DNA of 64,000 nucleotides from Candidatus Hydrogenedentota bacterium. GTDB lineage: Bacteria; Hydrogenedentota; Hydrogenedentia; Hydrogenedentales; SLHB01. The first letter of the stretch is position 1, and each line of letters starts with the position of its first letter. The translations under genes were made by a program, and so were the position numbers. The notes under the pieces were generated by a model. That model had not been told where the DNA came from. It saw only the letters and a program-made list of their open reading frames with translations, and ran no database searches. This document shows positions 20,527-29,661 of the stretch, one piece after another. The stretch lies in contig CAXXTH010000018.1 in NCBI GenBank assembly GCA_963668025.2, positions 256,001 to 320,000 on the forward strand, written 5' to 3'.

Positions 20527-21630
20527 GTGGAGCAAGCATTTGATTTCATACGGGTTCCCCGGCCAGATATGGCGGCGATACTAATCACGTTGGGGATATT
20601 GGTGGGCTTGTTTTTCTTGGCCATCATCTTGGAGATATCCCGCCGCGCCAAGGACCGGGTTGCCCGCATCGAGGCCGAGTGGTTATCGGTAAAAGATATC
20701 GTCCGCGACAAGGATTTATCAAAAGGGGAATGGAACACCCTCGATGCCATGATCAAGGAGTACGCCCCCACTCGCCCGCTCGATGCCATCACTACACGAA
20801 AACGCTTCAATGAGTGCGTTTCCTCATATATGGACGCCGTATTCGAAACAGGCAATATGCAGCAATATGAACAGGTGGGCCTTCTTCTTCGTGATTTGCG
20901 CATTCGGCTTGCCTTGGACTATGCGCCCTACGGCCAGCGGCTCGAAACCACGCGTGAATTTTCGGAGCCCCTATCCTTTCTCGCCGCCCGTATGGGCGAT
21001 GCGCGGCCTCATTGGTGCCGATTGCATATCATGCATCTCGATGAAGCCTATCTATGCGTCAGTGTTGAACGCCTCAAAACCGATGACCATATGCCTGCCT
21101 GGGCCAAGGGCGACACCCTGCAATGCCGCATGTGGCGCGAAGACGACGCCCGGTATACCTTCGAGATCCACGTGGCTAAAGTGGACCTCGAAGAAGGGCA
21201 GGCATGGCTCTATCATACTGAAGAACTCACCCGGGTCCAGTCTCGAGCCTATTATCGCGTTGGACACAACCAGCCGGTGAGTATTGCCATGGTAAGCTAT
21301 CCGGCCAATGGAGATTTTGATGATATCGAAAGCCGGCCGGCAGGCGCCCATGTCCGCGGGCGCATCACCAGCATCAGCGCAGGCGGGCTCGCCATCGAGA
21401 CGCTCCAAAGCATTCCATCGCACGTACTCATGCGCCTTACCCTCGACTTGCCGGGAGCGGAACCAATCACTGTACATGTGGCCATTGTAGGGGAATCACG
21501 CCTCGCGGCAGGACGTATGCTCATTCGCGGGTATTATGCCGGGATGGATGATCCTACACGCGATATCATCGCACAATATATTTGGAGGAGGCAGCAGCCT
21601 CTGCTAAAGAAAGAAGATGGAGCCCATTAG
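20527..21630 (+). CDS. Membrane-anchored PilZ-domain (YcgR-like) c-di-GMP receptor
   Basis: N-terminal TM; QSRAYYRV (RxxxR) and SISAGG (D/NxSxxG variant). Confidence 0.8.
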   Translation: MEQAFDFIRVPRPDMAAILITLGILVGLFFLAIILEISRRAKDRVARIEAEWLSVKDIVRDKDLSKGEWNTLDAMIKEYAPTRPLDAITTRKRFNECVSSYMDAVFETGNMQQYEQVGLLLRDLRIRLALDYAPYGQRLETTREFSEPLSFLAARMGDARPHWCRLHIMHLDEAYLCVSVERLKTDDHMPAWAKGDTLQCRMWREDDARYTFEIHVAKVDLEEGQAWLYHTEELTRVQSRAYYRVGHNQPVSIAMVSYPANGDFDDIESRPAGAHVRGRITSISAGGLAIETLQSIPSHVLMRLTLDLPGAEPITVHVAIVGESRLAAGRMLIRGYYAGMDDPTRDIIAQYIWRRQQPLLKKEDGAH

Positions 21631-22345
21631 CCCCCCCGAATCATTTCTCGAAGCCATGCACGGCGTGCGGCGCAACCTATCCGCAGCAGCCGTGTTCATC
21701 GGATTTGCGCTGGCAGGCAGCCTGGCGCTCATGCTGGTTCATTATTTTACGCCAGAAGGAGATGCTTCGCCGCCCCTCTACTGGCGTCTGCTGGCTACCT
21801 TATCTGATCTGGTTCAAGCCGCCATGGCCTCCCTGGGCGCATGTATCGGCCTCGGTCGCATGGGCCGCGATTTGGACCGGCCCCTCTGGAAAATCCGCAC
21901 CGACGGCGAATCAATACGCCGCTTTTTCCTGCCCTGGTTCATCCTGATCGCGGGAGACAGCGCCGTAAACCGCCTTCTCGCATTAAACATTGACGCCGAA
22001 GCCCACCCGGAATCCATCCTCTTATATATGTTGTTCTGCTGCGCCTTGTCGGCCTGGATCATCCCCATAGGCGCATGCATTATGTTTCATGGGCGTCTTA
22101 AATGGACGCAGGTGGGAGAAGCGCTCGCCCCACTCACTCGCAGCTTCTCCCTCACGGCGTTTTTTCTGCTCTTCGGCTTTATATCCAGCCTTATGCTGAC
22201 ATTCGTCGCTCTTTCCCTGCCCCTTCCGTATCGGCTGATAATAGAAACGGCGGACAACTTTTGCGGATGCATCATCTTCGCGGGCATCTGGGAGCTCTGC
22301 CGCTTCAATCGGAACCATCCACCGGAGCACGATTTCGATTTCTAG
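21617..22345 (+). CDS. Hypothetical integral membrane protein
   Basis: About 6 hydrophobic segments; overlaps the PilZ gene stop. Confidence 0.75.
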   Translation: MEPISPPESFLEAMHGVRRNLSAAAVFIGFALAGSLALMLVHYFTPEGDASPPLYWRLLATLSDLVQAAMASLGACIGLGRMGRDLDRPLWKIRTDGESIRRFFLPWFILIAGDSAVNRLLALNIDAEAHPESILLYMLFCCALSAWIIPIGACIMFHGRLKWTQVGEALAPLTRSFSLTAFFLLFGFISSLMLTFVALSLPLPYRLIIETADNFCGCIIFAGIWELCRFNRNHPPEHDFDF

Positions 22346-22359
22346 GCCATCCGCCAAGC

Positions 22360-23514
22360 TCAGCTATAGGTTTCGCGCATGCGCTCGCAGTAATACCGCA
22401 CATTATCCCATTTAGCATCTGGCGCGATACGGTGGTCCACGCAGGGCACATAACCGCCCAGCGCCACCAGCGGCTTCAGCCGTTCAATCTCCGCATCCAC
22501 GGCCGCATGGTCCTGCGAGAAGACGACTTTGTTCATACCGCCCACGCCGCGCAGTTCCTGGCCATATTGTTCCCGCCAGGGGGCGATGCTGGCGTTCCAA
22601 GTGCCCACCTCGATGGGGAACATGGTGTTGACGCCGTTTTTCAGCCATATGGGCAATAACGCGTCAATGCATCCATCGCAATCCAGCGATACGATGTTGA
22701 GGCCATGCTCGTTCATGAGGCTAGTGATGCGCTTATAATGCGGCCCCACCTTCTCCGCGAACACATCCGGGATGATCAGCGGCCCATTCTTAAAGCAAAT
22801 ATCTTCCCAGAAATGCCCATAATCGAACTTCGCACCACTTTCGAGGGCGTATTTGGCCGCTTGGTACACCAGTTCTCCTTGCGTATTGACGATCTCGGTG
22901 AACAACTCGTCATCTTCCGCGAACAGATAACTCGCGCCCACAACGCCTAGTACATTGCGAATGTTGCCGAACAGGCTGCCTGCATATAAGCTTATCGTGT
23001 AATCGCGCTCGCCAGACTGCAAAAACTCCAGGCCTCCGTCTTTCCACGGAATCATCTGGCCATTCACGAGCACCGGCGTATTGAGAATCCGATCTTCATG
23101 AAAGACGTAGCGATGCTTATAATGTTGTTCCCAGCTCGCCCGATCTTTCAGCAGATGCTCGAATTCCATGGGGATCGAGCCTGCTTCGGGCTTCTGCAAC
23201 ACCACGACGCCATCTCCATTCCTGATTTTCTTCGAACCATCCGGCATTTCTACCAGCACTTCGAACGGAAAACAGGGCTGCAAATGCGTATTGGGGCAAA
23301 ATGTCGTGAAAAAATTCATGTCAAAACCCAGCAGGCGGGTGAGCTCCGCATCCGCTGGATTGCCATCGCCCCACGCCTTGGCTAATTCGCGCGGAATATG
23401 CCCCTCATCCGCCCAGATGTCCAACGTCTCATTCCAGAAGCCAAAATGCACGATGGGCAATCGATCATACGGCTTGTAGTTCAGCACCGCCAGTAAACGT
23501 TCCCGATTATTCAT
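22360..23514 (-). CDS. Uroporphyrinogen decarboxylase-family protein
   Basis: MNNRERLLAVLNY.PYDR.P, WEDICFKNGP, LDCDG, GGYVPCVDHRI; AGGAGG RBS. Confidence 0.85.
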   Translation of the reverse strand: MNNRERLLAVLNYKPYDRLPIVHFGFWNETLDIWADEGHIPRELAKAWGDGNPADAELTRLLGFDMNFFTTFCPNTHLQPCFPFEVLVEMPDGSKKIRNGDGVVVLQKPEAGSIPMEFEHLLKDRASWEQHYKHRYVFHEDRILNTPVLVNGQMIPWKDGGLEFLQSGERDYTISLYAGSLFGNIRNVLGVVGASYLFAEDDELFTEIVNTQGELVYQAAKYALESGAKFDYGHFWEDICFKNGPLIIPDVFAEKVGPHYKRITSLMNEHGLNIVSLDCDGCIDALLPIWLKNGVNTMFPIEVGTWNASIAPWREQYGQELRGVGGMNKVVFSQDHAAVDAEIERLKPLVALGGYVPCVDHRIAPDAKWDNVRYYCERMRETYS

Positions 23515-23868
23515 GTTTCCTCCTGTAATCCTATGAATGCCTATGGTTTCGTTTACAATGCTATGGTTCATTGGCGGATGTCAAATTTTTCACTGAGCTG
23601 GTTTCATATCAAGCCCTTGTATTTTAAGACGCCACGCTCCCAGTATATTTAATGGATAATATATCTAATTTTGAAAGATATTCCCAGCATATTTGATAGA
23701 AATTGAAGCCGGCTGCTTTTCAAAAAACAACCCCGCCTTTATCCCGCACGAACCCATATCGAAGAACAGCCCGAAGTCTTGACAATTCAAATGGATGCCA
23801 GGAAAACATGGCCATGTAAAATGGATACACACCGGCTATTCCCGAGATGCAAGCATCCGCTTATTAAT

Positions 23869-23884
23869 TGGCACATGCATTGCT
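23869..23884 (+). promoter_or_regulatory. Sigma54 (-24/-12) promoter
   Basis: TGGCAC-ATGCA-TTGCT, matches TGGCAC-N5-TTGC. Confidence 0.7.
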
Positions 23885-24292
23885 CTTCTTGAGCAGACAG
23901 GCAGGGAGTACTTTGTCTAGGGGAGCCATTCCATTCAAATAAGCCCGCCTGTCCAGTTAAGTCTGAAGTGAGTAATTCTGTTTGGTGTTACTTGGGCTCT
24001 CATCGGATGCTTGCGGACTCCTAATCGAGTGCTAACATTTCTGATGTAGCCTTTCGCCTGTTTGTGGGGCTGGTCTCACCTCGTTGCGAAAATGGGAAGC
24101 GGCATGAGCACTAAGCGGCCGAGGCGTTCCGCCAAAGCCGCAAGCCGGATGGGTGGGAAATACACGAGATGCGGGAGTGCTGCAGCTCTGTTTCTCTCCG
24201 GTAATGTGGAATCGCGGCGGGGTGAAGCGCATTAAAGCGGGAAATAGCCGTTGAGGTGTGCGCTCATGTCGAAATCACGGTAAGGAGAAACA

Positions 24293-25714
24293 ATGATGAA
24301 GAGAATCGGAAGGGGAGCCCTTCTGGGCATGCTCTTGGCCGCCATCACGGCCACGGGCGCGTTTGCCCAGCAAGGCGATCCAGCAACCAGCAAGGAGAAA
24401 GAACTCCTTGCGGTCATCGAGTCCTTGAAAGCGCGCGTCGAAGCGCTCGAGGGCAAAGTGGGCCAGGAGAAGGCAACTCCTCCCCAGCTCGAGAACCGCC
24501 TCGCGCTGATCGAAGACAAACTTACCAAAGCGGAACCAGATGACAAAGACTTCAATGTGTTCTGGAAAGACAGCCTTCGCTTCGAGACAGCGGACGGCTC
24601 GATTAAGCTGCGGCTTGGCGGTAGTACGGCTATAGATTATTTATGGGCCAGCCAGGACCGCAATTCCACCTGGTGGCGTAGCGACATCCAAGATGGCGTG
24701 GAGTTCCGCCGTGCGCGTTTGTATATGGAAGGTTCACTTTACGACAGCGTCGATTTCAAATGGCAATACGACTTCGCGAATGACGGCCTGGCCAAATGGA
24801 AAGACTTTTACCTCGATTTTAAAGAGATCCCCTATGCCAAACTACGAGTAGGCCAATATTTGCAGCCGTTCAGCCTGGATCGGTTAATCAGTTCAAATGA
24901 TTCGACGTTCCTTGAAGTCGCGCTGCCGACGGATGCTTTTACGCCGGATCGCCAAACGGGCGTGATGCTGTTCAACTCCATGTTTGAAGACCGTTTGAAC
25001 TGGGGCGTGTCGTTGTATAAGCACGATTCGAGCAACTTCGGCGACCAGTTTGACGAAGATACGGGCTGGGATGTCGCGGCTCGTGTCGCAGGCCTGCCCT
25101 GGTATGAAAACAAAGGCGAGCAGTTGCTGCATTTGGGCGTGAGCTATAGCCTCCAAAATCCCGATGGCCGCGATCGCTTCCAGACCCGTCCGGAATATCA
25201 TGGCACCGCATTCCGCTTTGTTGATACGCGCAACCCCCTTATCGCCACGGTAAATCGCGATTTCTGGGCGGATAGCATCAACATGTATAACGCCGAAGCC
25301 GCGCTGGTCTATGGGCCATTCTCGGTGCAAGGCGAATACACCTACACCGAAGCCGACACCATGGACGCCGACACGGTGGACATGAGCGGCTACTACGTGA
25401 TGGCGAGCTGGTTCATCACGGGTGAACACCGCGCATATAAAGAAGGCGTCTTCAAAAACCCGAAACCCAACAAAAACTTCAGCCTGAAAGACGGCGGCTT
25501 GGGCGCATGGGAACTGGCGCTTCGCTATTCGTATGTGGACCTGGAAGACACCGGCGTGTGGGGCGGCGAACAGACGGACTATACGGCTGGCATCAATTGG
25601 TACCTGAATCCGAACACGCGCATCATGTTCAATTACATCCATGCGGAAATTGAACACGGCTTATCAGATGACAACATCGATATGTTCGCGACACGGTTCC
25701 AGTTCAACTTCTAG
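24293..25714 (+). CDS. Phosphate-selective porin, OprO/OprP family
   Basis: Signal peptide, N-terminal coiled coil, EFRRARL, VQGEY, WFITGEHRAY, GAWELALRYS, GINWYLN, C-terminal Phe; near phoU. Confidence 0.9.
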   Translation: MMKRIGRGALLGMLLAAITATGAFAQQGDPATSKEKELLAVIESLKARVEALEGKVGQEKATPPQLENRLALIEDKLTKAEPDDKDFNVFWKDSLRFETADGSIKLRLGGSTAIDYLWASQDRNSTWWRSDIQDGVEFRRARLYMEGSLYDSVDFKWQYDFANDGLAKWKDFYLDFKEIPYAKLRVGQYLQPFSLDRLISSNDSTFLEVALPTDAFTPDRQTGVMLFNSMFEDRLNWGVSLYKHDSSNFGDQFDEDTGWDVAARVAGLPWYENKGEQLLHLGVSYSLQNPDGRDRFQTRPEYHGTAFRFVDTRNPLIATVNRDFWADSINMYNAEAALVYGPFSVQGEYTYTEADTMDADTVDMSGYYVMASWFITGEHRAYKEGVFKNPKPNKNFSLKDGGLGAWELALRYSYVDLEDTGVWGGEQTDYTAGINWYLNPNTRIMFNYIHAEIEHGLSDDNIDMFATRFQFNF

Positions 25715-25838
25715 TGAAGACTGCCTAGCCCAGGCCAGCCCCCCGGACAAGGCGGAAAAACATAGCGAAATCAATTGCTTTAGCATACCTTGGCACCGAA
25801 ACATGTTAATTGAAACAGAAGCACAAAGGAGAAACACG

Positions 25839-25991
25839 ATGAAACACATGACGATCATTTCCAAAGAAGCTCCCGCGAAAGCCGAAAACCTGCTGGCGAA
25901 AGCCCAGTGGCTGGCCAATATGGGCACAGGCGTGACGGTTGCCACAAACATCTTCAAACTCTTCGATTCGATTACTTCAAAAGAAGCGTAA
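25839..25991 (+). CDS. 50-aa small protein MKHMTIISKEAPAKAENLLAKAQWLANMGTGVTVATNIFKLFDSITSKEA
   Basis: AAGGAG RBS 7 nt upstream; strong terminator 20 nt downstream. Confidence 0.7.
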   Translation: MKHMTIISKEAPAKAENLLAKAQWLANMGTGVTVATNIFKLFDSITSKEA

Positions 25992-26010
25992 TCGCACGCC
26001 AGTTAACACG

Positions 26011-26050
26011 AAACCGGCGGTTTCAGCAATAGCGCTGAAACCGCCGGTTT
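26011..26050 (+). terminator. Intrinsic terminator
   Basis: 17-bp perfect stem AAACCGGCGGTTTCAGC / GCTGAAACCGCCGGTTT. Confidence 0.85.
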
Positions 26051-26240
26051 TCTTAACACAAATCAAACACTTCCATGCTAGAATCCATTACTTTAGCACG
26101 GTATGCGAATGCGATTGATTCGCTTCTGTATCAGATACTTCAGACACTATATTCGGCATATGTGATTCGCTGGATTTGCGGCTCAAAAGCGCCATGCATC
26201 GCAATGCGCCAGGCATCCCAGGCGAACAGAGGAGGCGGCA

Positions 26241-26921
26241 ATGTCATTCCACCTGCAAAAGGCCATCCAAAATCTAAAAAAGAAAATCCTCACCCTGGGC
26301 GGCTACGTAGAAGAAAATGTAGGCCTAGCGGTAAAGGCCCTCGAACGGCGCAATGCCGCCCTTGCCCAGGAAGTCATCAAAAACGATGACCGCATCGACC
26401 AAATGGAAGTCGAGGTCGAGGAAGAAGGCCTCAAAATGCTCGCCCTCTACCAGCCCGTCGCCATCGACCTCCGCTTTATCGTCGTCGTGATCAAAATCAA
26501 TAATGAATTGGAACGCATAGGCGACATCGCGGTGAATATCGCGGAGCGCGCCCTCTTCTTATCGAGCCATGAACCGTTGAAGCTATATTTCGATTTCCCC
26601 GAAATGGCCGATAAAGCCCAAGCCATGCTCAAGAATAGCCTCGACGCCCTGGTCAATATGGATGCCGCGCTCGCCAAAAAGGTCTGCGCCGATGATGACG
26701 AGGTCGACGCCATGAACCGGGAAAACTACGAGAAAGTAAACAAGGGCGTGAAGCAATACCTTGATGATGTAGATGCGCTCATCCATTTGCTCAATGTATC
26801 GCGCCATCTGGAGCGAATCGCGGATTTAGCCAGCAATATCGCGGAAGATGTCGTGTATATGGTGACCGGTGAGATTATCCGCCATCGCTTGGAGGATTTT
26901 TCAAAATCATCAGAAAGCTGA
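26241..26921 (+). CDS. phoU: Phosphate signalling protein PhoU
   Basis: QPVAIDLR, ELERIGD.A.NIAE, DDEVD, LERIAD.A.NIAE.V.YMVTG. Confidence 0.97.
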   Translation: MSFHLQKAIQNLKKKILTLGGYVEENVGLAVKALERRNAALAQEVIKNDDRIDQMEVEVEEEGLKMLALYQPVAIDLRFIVVVIKINNELERIGDIAVNIAERALFLSSHEPLKLYFDFPEMADKAQAMLKNSLDALVNMDAALAKKVCADDDEVDAMNRENYEKVNKGVKQYLDDVDALIHLLNVSRHLERIADLASNIAEDVVYMVTGEIIRHRLEDFSKSSES

Positions 26922-27078
26922 TCCGGCGGTAAGTAGTGGCGCGCGACAACATGCCCCTACGCCGAGGGGCAAGCAATATGCGAAGCCAAATACATAAAAT
27001 CAAATAATACAATGTTTTACCGATTTCCGCCATTCTAGAAACAAAAAGGTGGACAAGGTCTGTCCGGGATGCTAAAAT

Positions 27079-28296
27079 GTGCGCGCCCTTAGACTTAGGA
27101 ATCTCGAGTATGGGGAATATAAGGAGAATCCTGTGGGAGCGACATACCGTTTATCTGTTCATTCCGGGGAACACCGGCGCTCCTATTGCCCTGTAAGTTT
27201 TTTATTGCCATGGAGTTATGCGGAATTTCCCGCAGCTTCCCTCACCGATGCCGATACAGGCGCCGCTATCCCTTGCCAAGTCTCCGATACGCCAGAAGGC
27301 GCGGTGCTCTCTTGGCTCATTCATGGCCTTCAAGCCCACGAGGTGCAACAGCTAATCGTTGAACCTCAATCCCAAGTCCTCCCATATGAAGGAGGCGTTC
27401 ATTTCGCTAAAAACACCGATTCGAAAACGGTGGGTGTGTTTCTTCACGGGGAGCTTTTTACGACGTATCATTATGGCACGGAATGGGTTAGGCCTTTTTT
27501 ACATCCCATCATCGGCCCAAACGGAGCCAAAGCCACCCGGAGCTGGCCGGTAGACACAAGCATTGCTGGTGAAACAGAAGACCATCCGCATCACAAATCG
27601 GTTTGGGTGGCTTATGGCGATTACAGCGGTGTGGATAATTGGAGCGAATCTCCCGGCCATGGCTTCCAGCGCCATCGTGAATGGCTGCGCATGGAGTCCG
27701 GCCCGGTATTTGGGCGCATCCAGGTGCGCAATGATTGGTGCAATTCCGAGGAAGTGAAGCAATTCGAAGAAGTGCGCGATATGCGTTTCCACGCACTGCC
27801 CGGCGGCGTGCGGCTTTTTGATATCGCGGTTACGTTCCATATGAGCGAACGGGAAATCACGTTTCGCGACACCAAGGAGGGCGGCATTGTCGCCGTACGG
27901 GTGGCCACCTCCATGGATGTGCCGCAAGGCGGACATATCGAAAATGGGTATGGAGGCATCAACGAAGAAGAAACCTGGGGCAAGCAAGCGCCCTGGTGCG
28001 ATTATAACGGCATGGTGAATGGCCATCATGTGGGAATTGCAATTCTCGATCACGATACGAATCCCCGTTATCCAACGGCATGGCATGTCCGCGATTACGG
28101 TCTTATGGCCGCTAATTGCTTTGCGTGGAGCCATTACCGGCCTGAGGCTGGCATGCATGGCGATATGGCCTTTGAACAGGGAAGCCGCACGACATGGAAA
28201 TACCGGCTATATGTTCATGAAGGCGGTGCGAAACAAAGCGGCGTGAATGGCCGGTTCATCGATTTCATCGCGCCGCCAAAAATATTCGTGGAGTAA
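27079..28296 (+). CDS. PmoA-like/DUF6807-type beta-sandwich protein (not a methane monooxygenase)
   Basis: RPFLHP, DHPHHKS.W, DTKEGG, WCDY.G, WHVRDYGL..AN motifs; start could be GTG 27133. Confidence 0.7.
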   Translation: MRALRLRNLEYGEYKENPVGATYRLSVHSGEHRRSYCPVSFLLPWSYAEFPAASLTDADTGAAIPCQVSDTPEGAVLSWLIHGLQAHEVQQLIVEPQSQVLPYEGGVHFAKNTDSKTVGVFLHGELFTTYHYGTEWVRPFLHPIIGPNGAKATRSWPVDTSIAGETEDHPHHKSVWVAYGDYSGVDNWSESPGHGFQRHREWLRMESGPVFGRIQVRNDWCNSEEVKQFEEVRDMRFHALPGGVRLFDIAVTFHMSEREITFRDTKEGGIVAVRVATSMDVPQGGHIENGYGGINEEETWGKQAPWCDYNGMVNGHHVGIAILDHDTNPRYPTAWHVRDYGLMAANCFAWSHYRPEAGMHGDMAFEQGSRTTWKYRLYVHEGGAKQSGVNGRFIDFIAPPKIFVE

Positions 28297-28359
28297 CCTG
28301 CCGCTGGGGCAGGTTCATATAGGCATGGACCACACACGGGCGAAAACGCCAATGGGGCA

Positions 28360-29544
28360 GTGATGGCCACAACAAAGCCGAAGAAAGACACCGATACAGG
28401 CGAAAAAAAGCCTGTATCAAAAATAGGGAACACGAAAAGCGGCATGATGGGCCCGGCGCAAAAAAACAGCGTTCAGGTGAAGAGTGGGCCCTCTCCTAAA
28501 AAAAACAACGGGACCTCGGCCCAGGCCGTATCTGTATCCGATGCGGCTCCTGCCGCCGCTAAAAAAGTGCGCCCGCTCGATCGCGTTTTCCTCTTCGGCT
28601 TGGCTGAGGCGATCCGTGAAGCGGTGCATCCCTATGTCGCCGCGGCAAAAGGCCGCGAAATTGTAGGCAGCGCCACGAGCGGCGACGCCACATTTGAACT
28701 CGACCGGGTCGCGGAACGCGCCTTGCTCAGTTATCTTCGCAACGCAAAACTTCCCATCGCCTATTACTCCGAAGACGCTGGCTATACAACATTTTCCGGC
28801 GGACAGCCCCAGCATCTTATTGTAGTGGACCCTATCGACGGCACGCGGGCCGCAAAAAGCGGCTTCGAAGCCTGCGTCATATCGGTAGTGAGCACCCGGG
28901 TGATTGAACGCCCCACGATGGCGGATGTGGACAACGCCTGCGTAATGGAAATCATGAATCCGCGCACTTTCTACGCCGAGCGCGGCAAAGGCGCCCGTAT
29001 CTATTCAGGTAGCCAGACCAAAAAGCCGAAGCTGTCCAAAAACACAGACCTTGAAATGATCTCGTGGTCCATGACCGTTCCCGCGCGCCCTGCGGAACTC
29101 ATCTTTCCAACCGCCGCCAAGCTCATTGATCTCACCAGCCTGAAAGGCGGTTTTTTCGCCTGCAACAGCACCGCGTTCAGCTTGACCCGCCTCCTCACCA
29201 ACCAGCTCGACGCCTGTGTCGATTTCGCGAATCGCTATTTGCGCGATATCTACGACGCGGTGGAAGACCACTTCATCAACGCCGGGCGCGGCACGGTGCT
29301 GGGCATAGCCCCATATGACCTTGCGGGCGCTTTGCTCATCTGCAATGAATCGGGCTGCATCGTAACCGATGCATATGGCAAAAACTTCGATGATGTGCTC
29401 TTGCTCGATAGCTCCGTGGCCAACCAGCATTCCTTAATCGCCGCCGCGAATGCGGAACTCCATGAAAAACTCATGAGTTTCTTCGACTTGCGCATCCGGC
29501 AATTCGAGAAACTGCTGCAGCACCGCGCCGAAAAAATAAACTAA
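28360..29544 (+). CDS. Inositol monophosphatase/FBPase-family protein with Lys/Pro-rich N-terminal extension
   Basis: D..AE, SED, VDPIDGT, PYDLAGA motifs. Confidence 0.88.
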   Translation: MMATTKPKKDTDTGEKKPVSKIGNTKSGMMGPAQKNSVQVKSGPSPKKNNGTSAQAVSVSDAAPAAAKKVRPLDRVFLFGLAEAIREAVHPYVAAAKGREIVGSATSGDATFELDRVAERALLSYLRNAKLPIAYYSEDAGYTTFSGGQPQHLIVVDPIDGTRAAKSGFEACVISVVSTRVIERPTMADVDNACVMEIMNPRTFYAERGKGARIYSGSQTKKPKLSKNTDLEMISWSMTVPARPAELIFPTAAKLIDLTSLKGGFFACNSTAFSLTRLLTNQLDACVDFANRYLRDIYDAVEDHFINAGRGTVLGIAPYDLAGALLICNESGCIVTDAYGKNFDDVLLLDSSVANQHSLIAAANAELHEKLMSFFDLRIRQFEKLLQHRAEKIN

Positions 29545-29661
29545 CAGCACAAGCTCACTACATGCGAAAATGCCTCAAAAGAAGGTGCTTTGTTTTTTAT
29601 TCACCGCAGCACAGCCTCGCGACACCTCCGGCCTTATGACTGCGCATGAATTGGAGCCTAC

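Noticed and set aside
26052-26075. Pho box upstream of phoU (TTAACAC-AAAT-CAAACAC)
   Set aside because: Only a weak 11-bp-spaced match; cannot be supported without a lineage-specific motif.
27079-28296. Particulate methane monooxygenase subunit
   Set aside because: Soluble beta-rich protein with no TM helices and no pmoB/pmoC; the family name is misleading.
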